A stretch of 63,019 bases of DNA, the filler included. It is 3 parts of 3 records of this genome, joined end to end, with 100 filler letters (N's around TTAATTAATTAA, not from the genome) between each part and the next. Parts side by side here need not be neighbours in the genome. Positions count along the whole stretch, not along the records: positions 1 to 16,026 come from DRR723986_14593; 2 more parts are not named here. One strand, 5' to 3'. Each line of letters begins with the position of its first letter. Positions within the stretch are counted from its first letter, which is position 1. This document shows positions 1 to 9,288 of this stretch, piece by piece. Under the pieces are notes generated by a model. It searched no databases, was not told where the DNA came from, and saw only the letters and a list, made by a program, of their open reading frames with translations. A program made the position numbers and the translations under genes.

Positions 1-67
1 ACCCGAAGTCAGTGATTGATTACCCGAAGTAAATGCTTGACCGGGACAACCATCCCCGCGGAACCAA

Positions 68-853
68 GTGACAAGCGACCCCACCGAAGAGCAAACCGAT
101 GTACCTGGGCTCCACAATGCAGAGCCTTACGGTGAAGCGTCTTACAACGCAGCGTCTGATGGACCGATCAAGCCGCCTGGGGCGTTCGGGATCATCGATA
201 TTTTCGTGCTCACAACGCTTGTCGCGTTGGCGGTCGCGATTGCGGCACCATTCTTCCGGGCACTGAACCGGGAAAATCTTGGGCTGGTGGGCGGCATCAT
301 GGCCCTACAAATATCGCTCGTCGTAGCGACAGTCGCCTTTCTTGGCCGGCGACGCAGAAAGGCGCTGGCCATGGCAGGAAGTAAACGGGCGAAGGTCTAC
401 GTCGGCGCGCTTCGCTGGCGTCACTGGCCAATAGTTTTCGCCCTGGTCCAGCTAACTGCCCTCGCCGCGGGGCAGCTTGTTCTGGCATACGTTGTCTCGC
501 AAACGCAACATCTACGCCATTTGCCCTTCCATTGGATTCAAACGAGCCTATTTACTGGTTATGTCGTGGCTCGTTACTTGTGGCGGGCATTCCCTTGCAC
601 CATTGAGGTCTTTGAAAAGGGCTTGATACGCAGCGGATCCACGTTCATCGCTTGGTCCGAATGCGATGTCCGGCACAGCAAAATCTACCCAGGCCGCATC
701 GTCATTGTCCTTAAATCACGAGAGATAAAAGACACGCTGGTCGCGCACGCTCCCGAAGGGCTACAGAACGAGCTCCAAATGCGGGGAATTCTTGCCTCCA
801 GCAGTGCTTCCGAACCGATCGGAGCGAAAAACAGGCAAACTAGGCAAGAATAG
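68..853 (+). CDS. Hypothetical membrane protein (about 4 TM helices)
   Basis: 261-aa ORF with several hydrophobic segments (FGIIDIFVLTTLVALAVA..., WPIVFALVQLTALAAG...); no family recognised. Confidence 0.6.
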   Translation: MTSDPTEEQTDVPGLHNAEPYGEASYNAASDGPIKPPGAFGIIDIFVLTTLVALAVAIAAPFFRALNRENLGLVGGIMALQISLVVATVAFLGRRRRKALAMAGSKRAKVYVGALRWRHWPIVFALVQLTALAAGQLVLAYVVSQTQHLRHLPFHWIQTSLFTGYVVARYLWRAFPCTIEVFEKGLIRSGSTFIAWSECDVRHSKIYPGRIVIVLKSREIKDTLVAHAPEGLQNELQMRGILASSSASEPIGAKNRQTRQE

Positions 854-1132
854 AGCCAAGTCATCGAAAAATCATTGGTGGACTACCGCCGTCCTGCCAC
901 AACGATTCTTTGCCTGCAACAGGCAAGCCGATAGACTAACGGTGAGAACTTCTCCGGATCGCGAAGAATCTACCACGGGGATTCTGCGTGGCGTCTGCCG
1001 AGTCAATCAACGATCGACCGGTCCGACGCGATGCGGCATGGCGGAGAAGGGTAGAGGAACAGGAAACTGAATGGAAAGGTATCGTGAGGCAACTTGCCTT
1101 ACGGTCGGACCTGCCAAACGATGAAGGAAACC

Positions 1133-4100
1133 ATGGCTATTTCCGTTTCAAACACAGTATTTCAAGGAAGAGTTGCTTTGTCTGGTTCCACTTGGCGATG
1201 CGCATGGGCCGCGATTTTCGTGGCCCTGGCGGGATTGACCGCCCCAAAATTGGCAACGGCTCAACAAGAATCGTCACAGCGGGCAATCGCCTACTACGGT
1301 GACGCGGCATCCTTCCAAAACAATGGAGCATTCGATCTAGCGATCGAAGAATGGAACAAACTGCTGAAGGAGTTTCCCAAGGACCCTCTTGCCAGCAAGG
1401 CAGCTCACTACCTAGGTGTCTGTTATGCCAGCCTCCAACCACCCAAACTCGATCAAGCGCTGCAGGCCCTCCGCCGGTCGCTCGAAGATGAAAAACTCGA
1501 CATCCGTGACGAGACGCTGATTCGGGCCGCCGAGCTGCTTTATTCCAAGGGACGATCGTCAGCGGACTCCACAACGCAAAAGGCCGCTTACAGGGAATCA
1601 AAGAAGTATTTGACCGAGTTCATGAAGGAGCACTCCGAGAGTAGCTCTGTCGACCGCGGACTCTTCTACCTGGGTGAAATTGAATACGCCCTCGGCGACC
1701 TCCGCCGCTCAGTTACTTACCACTCTCGGCTGATCGGCGACAAGCGATTTAAGACTTCCAAACTGCTCCCAGACGCACGCTACGCTGTCGCTGTCGCTCG
1801 CGAAGAGCAAGAGCGGTGGAGTGACGCGATCGAAATGCACAAGGAGTTTCTCCAAGAGCACGAATCTCACCGCCTGGCGGATGAAGTCTCCGTGCGACTG
1901 GGCGACATCTACCTGCGAACCGGCGATACGCTCCAGGCGAAGGCCATCCTCGGCAAGCTAACTCAATCCCGCTCATCGGTCGCCGATTACGCCCTCTTGC
2001 GTCTGGGTTACGCACTCAGCCTTAGTGGCGACAAAGCTCGGGCGATCAACTACTACAAAGACTTGTTGAAGCGTTTCCCACAGTCCAAACACGCGTCTGC
2101 AGCGCAACTGTCGTTGGGCCAATTGTTGCTTTCGCAGGGGGATTCCGCCGAGGCGCGTAAGCAGCTCGAGCCGCTAATTGCAGCCAAGGGTGATCTCGGT
2201 TCCCAAGCACTGCATTTGCTCGCGACGATTATGCTTCGTGATGATCCAGAATCCGTCGAATCGCTCCTGGAAAAGAACAGATCCTGGACCAAGACGGCCA
2301 GTAACGCTGTCGACCTGGAAATGGATTACGCCGACGCGTTGTACGCTCAACCGGCGAAACTGGAGCAATCCCTGAAGCTCTACGAAGAAATCGCCACCAA
2401 GCATCAGGAACACTCGATTGCCCCTCGAGCGGCCTACAACACTGCGTTTGCCGCTCTTCAATTGAAGCAATTTGCACAGGCTCGCAAATGGGCCTCGCTC
2501 TTCCTAACTCGCTACCCACAGGATCCGCTTCGCAGCGATGTGGCCTACGTGGCTGCCGAAACGCTCCTGCAACAAGGGGAACATACGGCCGCCGCGGAAG
2601 CATTTGCAAAGCTCCGCCGCAGCGATTCCAGTAATCCGGCCGCTGCGCAGTGGCTCCTGCGTCAAGCGATGGCTTTCTACCTTGGTGGTGAACACGCTAA
2701 GGCTATAGCGCTCCTTCTACCAGAAGTAGACCGCTTCGCGGATGCCCCCGCTCGGGCCGAGGCATACTTTATCCTCGGCGGCAGCAATCTATTCCTCGAG
2801 AACTTGAGCGAAGCCACAGCGCAACTTACCAAGAGCCATGCGGCCAGCACGCGTTGGACCGCCGCGGATGAAGTCCTGCTCTTACTTTCTGAGGCACAGC
2901 AACGCAGCGGGAATCCAGAACAAGCTCTTGCAACACTCAAAGATCTGCTCAAGAATTTCCCACGAACCCGATTGAAGCAACAGGTTGAGTACAAAATGGC
3001 TCAACTCTCTGCAGCGATTGGCAGCTTCGACGAAGCAATTGCTGGTTACCGAGCGGTCACGCAAGACGCCGAGTCTGCTGGCTTCCACCGCTTTGCACAG
3101 TACGGAATTGCCTGGTGCCAAATGCAGCAAGGAAATTTTGATCTGGCACTTGGTGAACTGAAACCATTGTTGAACTCCGATCGACGAGATTCGATCTACA
3201 ACCAAAGCCAGCTCGCCGCAGGCGTTTGTTATCGAAAGACAAACCAACCCGATCGAGCCATTAGTCAGTTAAAGTCATTCCTAGCGTCGAATCCAGATCG
3301 TTCATCTGGTGCCAATGCTACGTATGAACTTGGACTGGCCTACTTGCAACAGGACAAACCTGACGAAGCCGATCGCGTCTTCATGCGTTTGATGAATGAT
3401 GCCCCAGCCTTCGCAAAGATGGATCGGGTTCTTTATGAGCTTGCTTGGAACGCCAAAGACCGGGGCGACGATGAGGCTGCGATGCGGCAGTTCTCCCGAC
3501 TCGCAACACAGTTCGCCGACAGCGAATACGTTCCGGAAGCTCGCTACTTGCTGGGCGAGGTCGCATACGAAGACGGCGACTTCGCAAAGGCAAGCCAACT
3601 CTACCAACAAGTGCTCGACACCGCGGGTGATCAGCCGATTGCCGAAAAAGCTCTTTATAAGATCGGTTGGAGCCGGTTTGAACAGAAACAATATCGCGAG
3701 TCTGAGAAGTCATTCCGGGAGCAAACGAGAAAATTCCCTGACTCAGAATTGGCCATCGAGGGATTGTTCATGGTTGGAGAGTGTCAATTCGAACTCGAGA
3801 ACTACGATGCTGCACTTACTGAGTACAAAAAAGCCCGCGACCTGCTCGAGAAAGGGCGGAAAACGATCGCTTCTCAGCAGGTGCAGTCACTGATCTATCT
3901 TCACGGCGCACAATGTTACCGCGAACGCAAAGACTGGACTCAGTGCCGCCAGTGGCTACAAATAGTCGACCGCAGGTTTAAGGACAGCCCCTTCCACGAC
4001 GTTGCTCGATATGAAATGGCCTACTGCCTGCAGCAACAAGATAAGGACACCGAAGCACTTCAAATCTACGAAGAAGTTGCTCGCGATAATCCACGCGGGG

Positions 4101-4426
4101 AAATCGGCGCTCGATCACGATTCATGAGCGGCCAAGTCTACTTTGCCAAACGTGATTTTGTGACTGCCATCAAAGAATTCCAACGCGTCATGTTTGGATT
4201 CGGCGGCAGTAGCGCTGGGGAGAAAATTAAAAACTGGCAAGCCAAGGCGGCATTCGAGGCCGCTCGGTGCACCGAAGTGCTCGCCGCCGACCGACGGGGC
4301 AGCGACAAACAACAATTGCTCGACAAAGCCCAAGAGTACTACGACTTCATCGTGAAACAGCACGGTGGCCATAGTTTGGCTGCCAAGGCACAATCGCGAC
4401 TCGGCGAACTTCGGAGCCTACGTTAG
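1133..4426 (+). CDS. Large exported tetratricopeptide-repeat protein (CpoB/YbgF- and BamD-like repeats)
   Basis: Signal-peptide-like N-terminus (…KLATA-QQ) and many helical repeats such as FPKDPLASKAAHYLG, FPQSKHASAAQLSLG, FADSEYVPEARYLLG. ATG 1133 follows AAGGA; the ORF track starts at TTG 1094 and another ATG is at 1121. Confidence 0.85.
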   Translation: MAISVSNTVFQGRVALSGSTWRCAWAAIFVALAGLTAPKLATAQQESSQRAIAYYGDAASFQNNGAFDLAIEEWNKLLKEFPKDPLASKAAHYLGVCYASLQPPKLDQALQALRRSLEDEKLDIRDETLIRAAELLYSKGRSSADSTTQKAAYRESKKYLTEFMKEHSESSSVDRGLFYLGEIEYALGDLRRSVTYHSRLIGDKRFKTSKLLPDARYAVAVAREEQERWSDAIEMHKEFLQEHESHRLADEVSVRLGDIYLRTGDTLQAKAILGKLTQSRSSVADYALLRLGYALSLSGDKARAINYYKDLLKRFPQSKHASAAQLSLGQLLLSQGDSAEARKQLEPLIAAKGDLGSQALHLLATIMLRDDPESVESLLEKNRSWTKTASNAVDLEMDYADALYAQPAKLEQSLKLYEEIATKHQEHSIAPRAAYNTAFAALQLKQFAQARKWASLFLTRYPQDPLRSDVAYVAAETLLQQGEHTAAAEAFAKLRRSDSSNPAAAQWLLRQAMAFYLGGEHAKAIALLLPEVDRFADAPARAEAYFILGGSNLFLENLSEATAQLTKSHAASTRWTAADEVLLLLSEAQQRSGNPEQALATLKDLLKNFPRTRLKQQVEYKMAQLSAAIGSFDEAIAGYRAVTQDAESAGFHRFAQYGIAWCQMQQGNFDLALGELKPLLNSDRRDSIYNQSQLAAGVCYRKTNQPDRAISQLKSFLASNPDRSSGANATYELGLAYLQQDKPDEADRVFMRLMNDAPAFAKMDRVLYELAWNAKDRGDDEAAMRQFSRLATQFADSEYVPEARYLLGEVAYEDGDFAKASQLYQQVLDTAGDQPIAEKALYKIGWSRFEQKQYRESEKSFREQTRKFPDSELAIEGLFMVGECQFELENYDAALTEYKKARDLLEKGRKTIASQQVQSLIYLHGAQCYRERKDWTQCRQWLQIVDRRFKDSPFHDVARYEMAYCLQQQDKDTEALQIYEEVARDNPRGEIGARSRFMSGQVYFAKRDFVTAIKEFQRVMFGFGGSSAGEKIKNWQAKAAFEAARCTEVLAADRRGSDKQQLLDKAQEYYDFIVKQHGGHSLAAKAQSRLGELRSLR

Positions 4427-5424
4427 TGAATCTTAAGCCAAAGCAAACTGCCGCTCGGCTCCTGTGCGTCTGCTTCATTGCGTTGACAACGCTGCATGCG
4501 TCGCCAGCCGCTGCTCAGAGGCCAGACCAACCTGCCGGCAACACCACTGCAGGTAACACGACAGCCGGTTCTCCCGAGACGGGTTTCAGCCAAGCGGAGC
4601 TGCAACGACTCGCCGAGGATGGGGCTGCTGATCCAGACGCAGTCGCCGCTCCCACCAGCTCCGGTGTCCGCAATAGCCTCAACTTCCTGTCATTACTGAT
4701 GGAAGGCGGCTGGTTGATGATTCCGATCGCGGCGATGAGCCTGCTGGTCGTGGCCATGACACTTGAGCGATTCGTGGCGGTTCGCAGTGGCAATCTCATG
4801 CCACGTGGGCTGAGACGGGAGATCCGCAAGGCGGTTGACCAGCCACCTGCAACCGTGCCGCCGGTCCTGTACACCGCCTCCGTTCGATACCGCTCAGCAG
4901 CGAGTCGGATCTTGCACGACGTCGTCCTGAAGTCGGGCAGACCAATTCCGGAAGCAGAATCGGCAATTGCCGATGGCTGTCAACGCGAAGCAGATCGGCT
5001 GTACGGAAATGTTCGCTGGCTATCCTTGGCCGCAGCCGTCACGCCATTGATCGGTCTGCTAGGTACGGTCTGGGGAATGATCATCGCTTTTTACAACACA
5101 ACGCAACTGGGAGCGGGTGTCAACAAAGCCGAATTCTTGGCCGAAGGCATTTACGTCGCTCTGGTAACCACGCTTGGTGGCCTCGCGGTCGCAATCCCGG
5201 CAGCGATCTTTGCTCACTTCTTCGAAGGCAAAATCACTCGACTGCTGGCCAAGATCGACGCGGAAATGCGATCGCTGCTTCCCGTCTTGGAACGCCTTGA
5301 GGGAAACGGCCGATTCGATTCCTCGACGCAGCAATTCGTTCAATCTTCCAACCGATCAACCGCCACCAGTCCGATCAAACCGCCTAAACCGCACACGCAA
5401 GACGCGGCCCGCGCTGCCCGCTAA
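4426..5424 (+). CDS. MotA/TolQ/ExbB proton-channel family protein with N-terminal extension
   Basis: Family motifs TPLIGLLGTVWGMI and GIYVALVTTLGGLAVAIPA; GGWLMIPI in TM1; GTG start overlaps the upstream TAG. Confidence 0.93.
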   Translation: MNLKPKQTAARLLCVCFIALTTLHASPAAAQRPDQPAGNTTAGNTTAGSPETGFSQAELQRLAEDGAADPDAVAAPTSSGVRNSLNFLSLLMEGGWLMIPIAAMSLLVVAMTLERFVAVRSGNLMPRGLRREIRKAVDQPPATVPPVLYTASVRYRSAASRILHDVVLKSGRPIPEAESAIADGCQREADRLYGNVRWLSLAAAVTPLIGLLGTVWGMIIAFYNTTQLGAGVNKAEFLAEGIYVALVTTLGGLAVAIPAAIFAHFFEGKITRLLAKIDAEMRSLLPVLERLEGNGRFDSSTQQFVQSSNRSTATSPIKPPKPHTQDAARAAR

Positions 5425-5513
5425 ACTTTGGCGAGTGCCACCACCGGTACTCGGTTCACTCCGGCAGTCGCCTGGATCAAATTGAGCCACAGTACGCCTG
5501 GAACTGCTGCAGT

Positions 5514-5930
5514 ATGACCGTACAACTCAAACAAGGTCGAGTGCTCTCAGCACTCAGCATGACTCCACTGATCGACGTGGTGTTTCTGCTGCTGATCTTC
5601 TTCCTGGTTGCTTCTCGGCTCAGCCAAGAAGATCGCGAAATGGATGTACCGCTGCCATCGGCTGCCAATGCGATGCCCATGACGGCTCAACCGCAAGAAT
5701 TGGTCGTCAACATTGATCGCCGCGGGGCGATCTACGTCAACAACAAGAATATGCAAGCCGAACAGTTCGAACAGTTGTTGCGCGAGAGCATCAGAAACAA
5801 TCCACTCGGGCAGAGCGTCATCATCAGGGCCGATCGACGCGTGCAATTTCAGACACCCGTCAACGTGATGGACATTTGCTTAAAGTGCGGCGCAGATTAC
5901 TCGATATCCACATCAGAGGATGAAGGCTAA
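5514..5930 (+). CDS. ExbD/TolR family protein
   Basis: MTPLIDVVFLLLIFFLV TM helix with the conserved Asp; periplasmic VIIRAD…V..VMD motif. Confidence 0.93.
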   Translation: MTVQLKQGRVLSALSMTPLIDVVFLLLIFFLVASRLSQEDREMDVPLPSAANAMPMTAQPQELVVNIDRRGAIYVNNKNMQAEQFEQLLRESIRNNPLGQSVIIRADRRVQFQTPVNVMDICLKCGADYSISTSEDEG

Positions 5931-8900
5931 AAAGGGGGCACACCTCTCAGCCGCGAGCAGCAGCATGGATCCAGAAATTCGCCTATCAGAGATTACCGGC
6001 ATTGCCGAGAAAGACGAGCAGATTCAGTCGTTCTGGCCGGTCAACGTTGCTCTCTTTCTACTCGGCGGAGCCATTATCGGGCTGTCGTTCTACTTCCTTG
6101 ACTCCAACGAATCACGGCCGCTTTACAATCCGTGGACATACGCCATTGCAACTCCCGTTGCAGTATTGTGTTTATCCACGTTACTCAGCCTGTTCGTGAG
6201 CCGCGTGGTAGAAAAATCCATGCAGTTGGCTTTCTTGCTCAGTGTGCTCATCCACATCCTGCTCCTCGTATTTGCCGTCAACGTCGTCATCTTCTCGCGT
6301 ATGTGGCCGGAAGTCCTTCGAGCGCTTTCACGACAACAACACCAACTTGAACTAGAGTCGCTTCAGGCGCGACAATACCACCAGTTTACCGACGCGTCGA
6401 AGTCAACTCAAAAACCCGACCACCTTCGTTTCGTGCCAACACAACACGAACCAACGAAAATCGAACATTCCAGTACGCAGGCCTTGCAACTGGCGGAAAA
6501 CGACACGCCAGATCTAGCCAGCCCAAGCCCAGAATTAAAGCCGTCACCAACCTCACATCTGCTCAAGCGGAAAGTCACGGCGTCGACTTCGGCCAACACG
6601 GCTCAGGATCTCGCATCGCTGGCGCGCAGCGAATCGAGAGTTACGCCTGATGAATTGCCAACCGAGGCCATGCAGGGTCCAGTACTAAAATCAAGTCCAC
6701 AGCCTGCCCCGATGAAACCGGCCGATCTTGCCCGGCGGGTTGCTCCTGGCACGTCGGAAGCCACCAATCCTGCACTTCAGAACGCGCCACTCCAAGCCTC
6801 CGCGGCAGAAACGCAGCTAAGTCGTCGCGAGACTGCCCGTGACACGGCCATGCTTTCGCCCTCTCAAAGCGATCTGCGACGTAGCGTCCCGCGAGTCAAC
6901 GCGTCGAACCCGACGATTCAGGCCCCACGTCCTCAATCTACACCGGACACTCCCAACTTAGCCGCCTCGTCCGCTCAACCAACGCTTAGCAGACGCAGCT
7001 CAGCCAACGACGCGGCAGTTGCAGCGAAGGCAGCTCGTCCGCCATCAGTTGATCAACTTCAGGCACGCTCAACACCACTTTCTAGTCCACGTCGTGCGCA
7101 GCGTTCTGCTCCATCGGAGGCGCTCTCCAGTGGCATTGAAGCCTATCAACTCAAGCGGCAGACGGCGGGCGGAGTCACAGGCTCGCCCAGCAAAGTCTCA
7201 TTGCCCAATCTTGGCCAACAACAAATTGCTGCATCGCAAAATCAAATCCCCAGACTGCAGGCTTCAAACGAGTCGCGCAAGCGTGGTACTCAATCGCGCC
7301 TGCGGAGTGCCGATAGCCTAGGCGACTTGGCACCACAGAGTCCGAACTGGGAGGGGCAGGTTTCGCAGGGCTCGTCCACGGGCGGTAACGCTCCGCAAAT
7401 GCTTCGCAACGATCCGGGAAGTGCTGCGTCACCAAGCGTCGACGGACTCTCCGGTGAAGGACGTGATATTGTCCGCGCTGCACTTGGCGGATCCACTTCT
7501 TCGCCGAACGTGCAGCCACTGCGTGACGCCACCGACGGCGGGGCAGGCGAATCTGGCGGCAGCACAAGCCTTGCTGATGCCGGAGATAGCGCACCTTCGC
7601 CCGCCCGTCAGCAGTCTTCTGATCGCTTGACGCCTTCTGGCAATGACTCCAGCCAGCTAGCCGAGCTGGCACCTGACTTCGGAAGCACGGATTCGTCTAG
7701 CTCAGCGTCCTCGCAATCCATGCTCAGCCAAGCATCGCGACTGCAGCGAAAACAACGCGGATCATCCGAAACGTCCAGCACACAATCCAGCGCAGACGCA
7801 ACGCTCCCTCGCGCCAGCACATTCAACATCATCGACGATGCTCAGTCGAGAGTCCCCTCACTTGCCGGCGCAACAACGGCATCTGACTCACAAGTTGAGC
7901 GGGCAGCCGCCCAAGGAACAGGCCTTCGCCGACAACAGCGTTTCGAGACCTCGGGTAGTCTGAACCTAGAAGTTGACGCTGATATGGGCTTAGCGGGCCT
8001 GGACACTACCAAGAATGTTCGTGGCCCCTTGTTGGCTAGGCGAGAATCCACCGCTTCGGCCAATCCGCTTCCGCAACTGGATAGCAGCCGGTTCGCACGG
8101 CAAAACTTGGGTGGTCCTCTGGCGGGCGGGCAACGCGTTCCCATTCCCAAGCCCGCCTTCCAACAACGCATCGACCGTCTGCAGGACAAACGCCCAGCAA
8201 GTGAATCCAGCATTAGCCCTCAAACTGAACTAGCCATTGAACGCGGGCTTGAGTTCCTCGCTCGCACCCAGCGCGATGATGGCTCTTGGCGACTAGAGGA
8301 CTACGACACCAAACTGCTGATGAGGAGCGACACTGCGGCGACGGGTTTGGCAGTTCTATCCTTCCAGGGGGCAGGCTATACACACCAACGATTCAAGCAC
8401 GCCGATACCGTCCGCAAAGCCCTAAGTTTCCTTGTTCGTAACCAGCAGGAAGACGGCGACCTCTACATCAAGATGAACCCCGCATCTGATCAGAACGCCT
8501 GGCTTTACTCGCATGCAATCGCCGCCTTGGCCCTCTGCGAGGCCTATGGCATGACGCAGGACCCCGAACTTGAACAAGCCGCGCAGAAGTCCGTCAACTT
8601 CATGATCTCTGCTCAAGACCCTCGGCGTGGCGGTTGGCGGTATCAGCCTGGCGACGGCTCTGATACCAGCGTCAGCGGCTGGTTCTTGATGGCTCTCAAG
8701 AGTGGTCAACTAGCGGGACTGGACATTCCCAAGAGTTCACTTGAGACACTGAATCGGTTCTTGTATTTGAGCCAAGCGTCCGCGGAACAGTCACATCTGT
8801 ATCGGTACAATCCGTACGCGGCTGACACCGTTCAACAACGCCATGGACTCAAGCCAACCGCTGTCATGACTAGCGTTGGTTTGCTAATGCGACTGTACAC

Positions 8901-9258
8901 GGGCTGGGATCGAAATCGCGACGACATGCAAGCTGGAGCTGATTATCTACTGGAGCATTTGCCCAAGCACGGCACTCCCAACAAGAGTCTTCGCGATACT
9001 TACTATTGGTACTATGCCACCCAGGTAATGTTCCACATGCAGGGTGAACACTGGTCGACCTGGCACGACACGTTGTATCCGCTGCTTGTTAATCACCAAG
9101 TCACGTCTGGAGAATATGCTGGCAGTTGGAATCCACAATCGCCAACCCCGGACTTGTGGGCTCGCTACGGCGGACGACTCTACGTCACGACGATGAACTT
9201 GCTCTCGCTTGAGGTCAGCTACCGGCACTTGCCGCTTTACGAAGCCGCCTCACAGTAG
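5920..9258 (+). CDS. Membrane-anchored protein: TonB/TolA-like SxxxH helix, long Ser/Pro/Ala/Gln-rich linker, C-terminal prenyltransferase/squalene-cyclase-like (alpha/alpha)6 barrel
   Basis: Three N-terminal hydrophobic helices, the third containing SVLIH (nt 6241-6255); low-complexity residues ~130-765; QW-type repeats (GLEFLARTQRDDGSW, ALSFLVRNQQEDG, AQDPRRGGWRY, HQ…AGSW) from ~residue 768. Confidence 0.8.
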   Translation: MKAKKGAHLSAASSSMDPEIRLSEITGIAEKDEQIQSFWPVNVALFLLGGAIIGLSFYFLDSNESRPLYNPWTYAIATPVAVLCLSTLLSLFVSRVVEKSMQLAFLLSVLIHILLLVFAVNVVIFSRMWPEVLRALSRQQHQLELESLQARQYHQFTDASKSTQKPDHLRFVPTQHEPTKIEHSSTQALQLAENDTPDLASPSPELKPSPTSHLLKRKVTASTSANTAQDLASLARSESRVTPDELPTEAMQGPVLKSSPQPAPMKPADLARRVAPGTSEATNPALQNAPLQASAAETQLSRRETARDTAMLSPSQSDLRRSVPRVNASNPTIQAPRPQSTPDTPNLAASSAQPTLSRRSSANDAAVAAKAARPPSVDQLQARSTPLSSPRRAQRSAPSEALSSGIEAYQLKRQTAGGVTGSPSKVSLPNLGQQQIAASQNQIPRLQASNESRKRGTQSRLRSADSLGDLAPQSPNWEGQVSQGSSTGGNAPQMLRNDPGSAASPSVDGLSGEGRDIVRAALGGSTSSPNVQPLRDATDGGAGESGGSTSLADAGDSAPSPARQQSSDRLTPSGNDSSQLAELAPDFGSTDSSSSASSQSMLSQASRLQRKQRGSSETSSTQSSADATLPRASTFNIIDDAQSRVPSLAGATTASDSQVERAAAQGTGLRRQQRFETSGSLNLEVDADMGLAGLDTTKNVRGPLLARRESTASANPLPQLDSSRFARQNLGGPLAGGQRVPIPKPAFQQRIDRLQDKRPASESSISPQTELAIERGLEFLARTQRDDGSWRLEDYDTKLLMRSDTAATGLAVLSFQGAGYTHQRFKHADTVRKALSFLVRNQQEDGDLYIKMNPASDQNAWLYSHAIAALALCEAYGMTQDPELEQAAQKSVNFMISAQDPRRGGWRYQPGDGSDTSVSGWFLMALKSGQLAGLDIPKSSLETLNRFLYLSQASAEQSHLYRYNPYAADTVQQRHGLKPTAVMTSVGLLMRLYTGWDRNRDDMQAGADYLLEHLPKHGTPNKSLRDTYYWYYATQVMFHMQGEHWSTWHDTLYPLLVNHQVTSGEYAGSWNPQSPTPDLWARYGGRLYVTTMNLLSLEVSYRHLPLYEAASQ

Positions 9259-9286
9259 CCCGCCTCACAGTAGCCCGGCGCAGTAG
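9245..9286. repeat. 15-bp tandem duplication (CCGCCTCACAGTAGC x2 plus a degenerate third copy)
   Basis: Exact copies at 9245-9259 and 9260-9274, followed by CCGGCGCAGTAG. Confidence 0.9.
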
Positions 9287-9288
9287 TC

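Noticed and set aside
5920-9258. Calling this a squalene-hopene cyclase or a hopanoid cluster
   Set aside because: Single barrel, no DxDD motif, no hpn or isoprenoid genes adjacent
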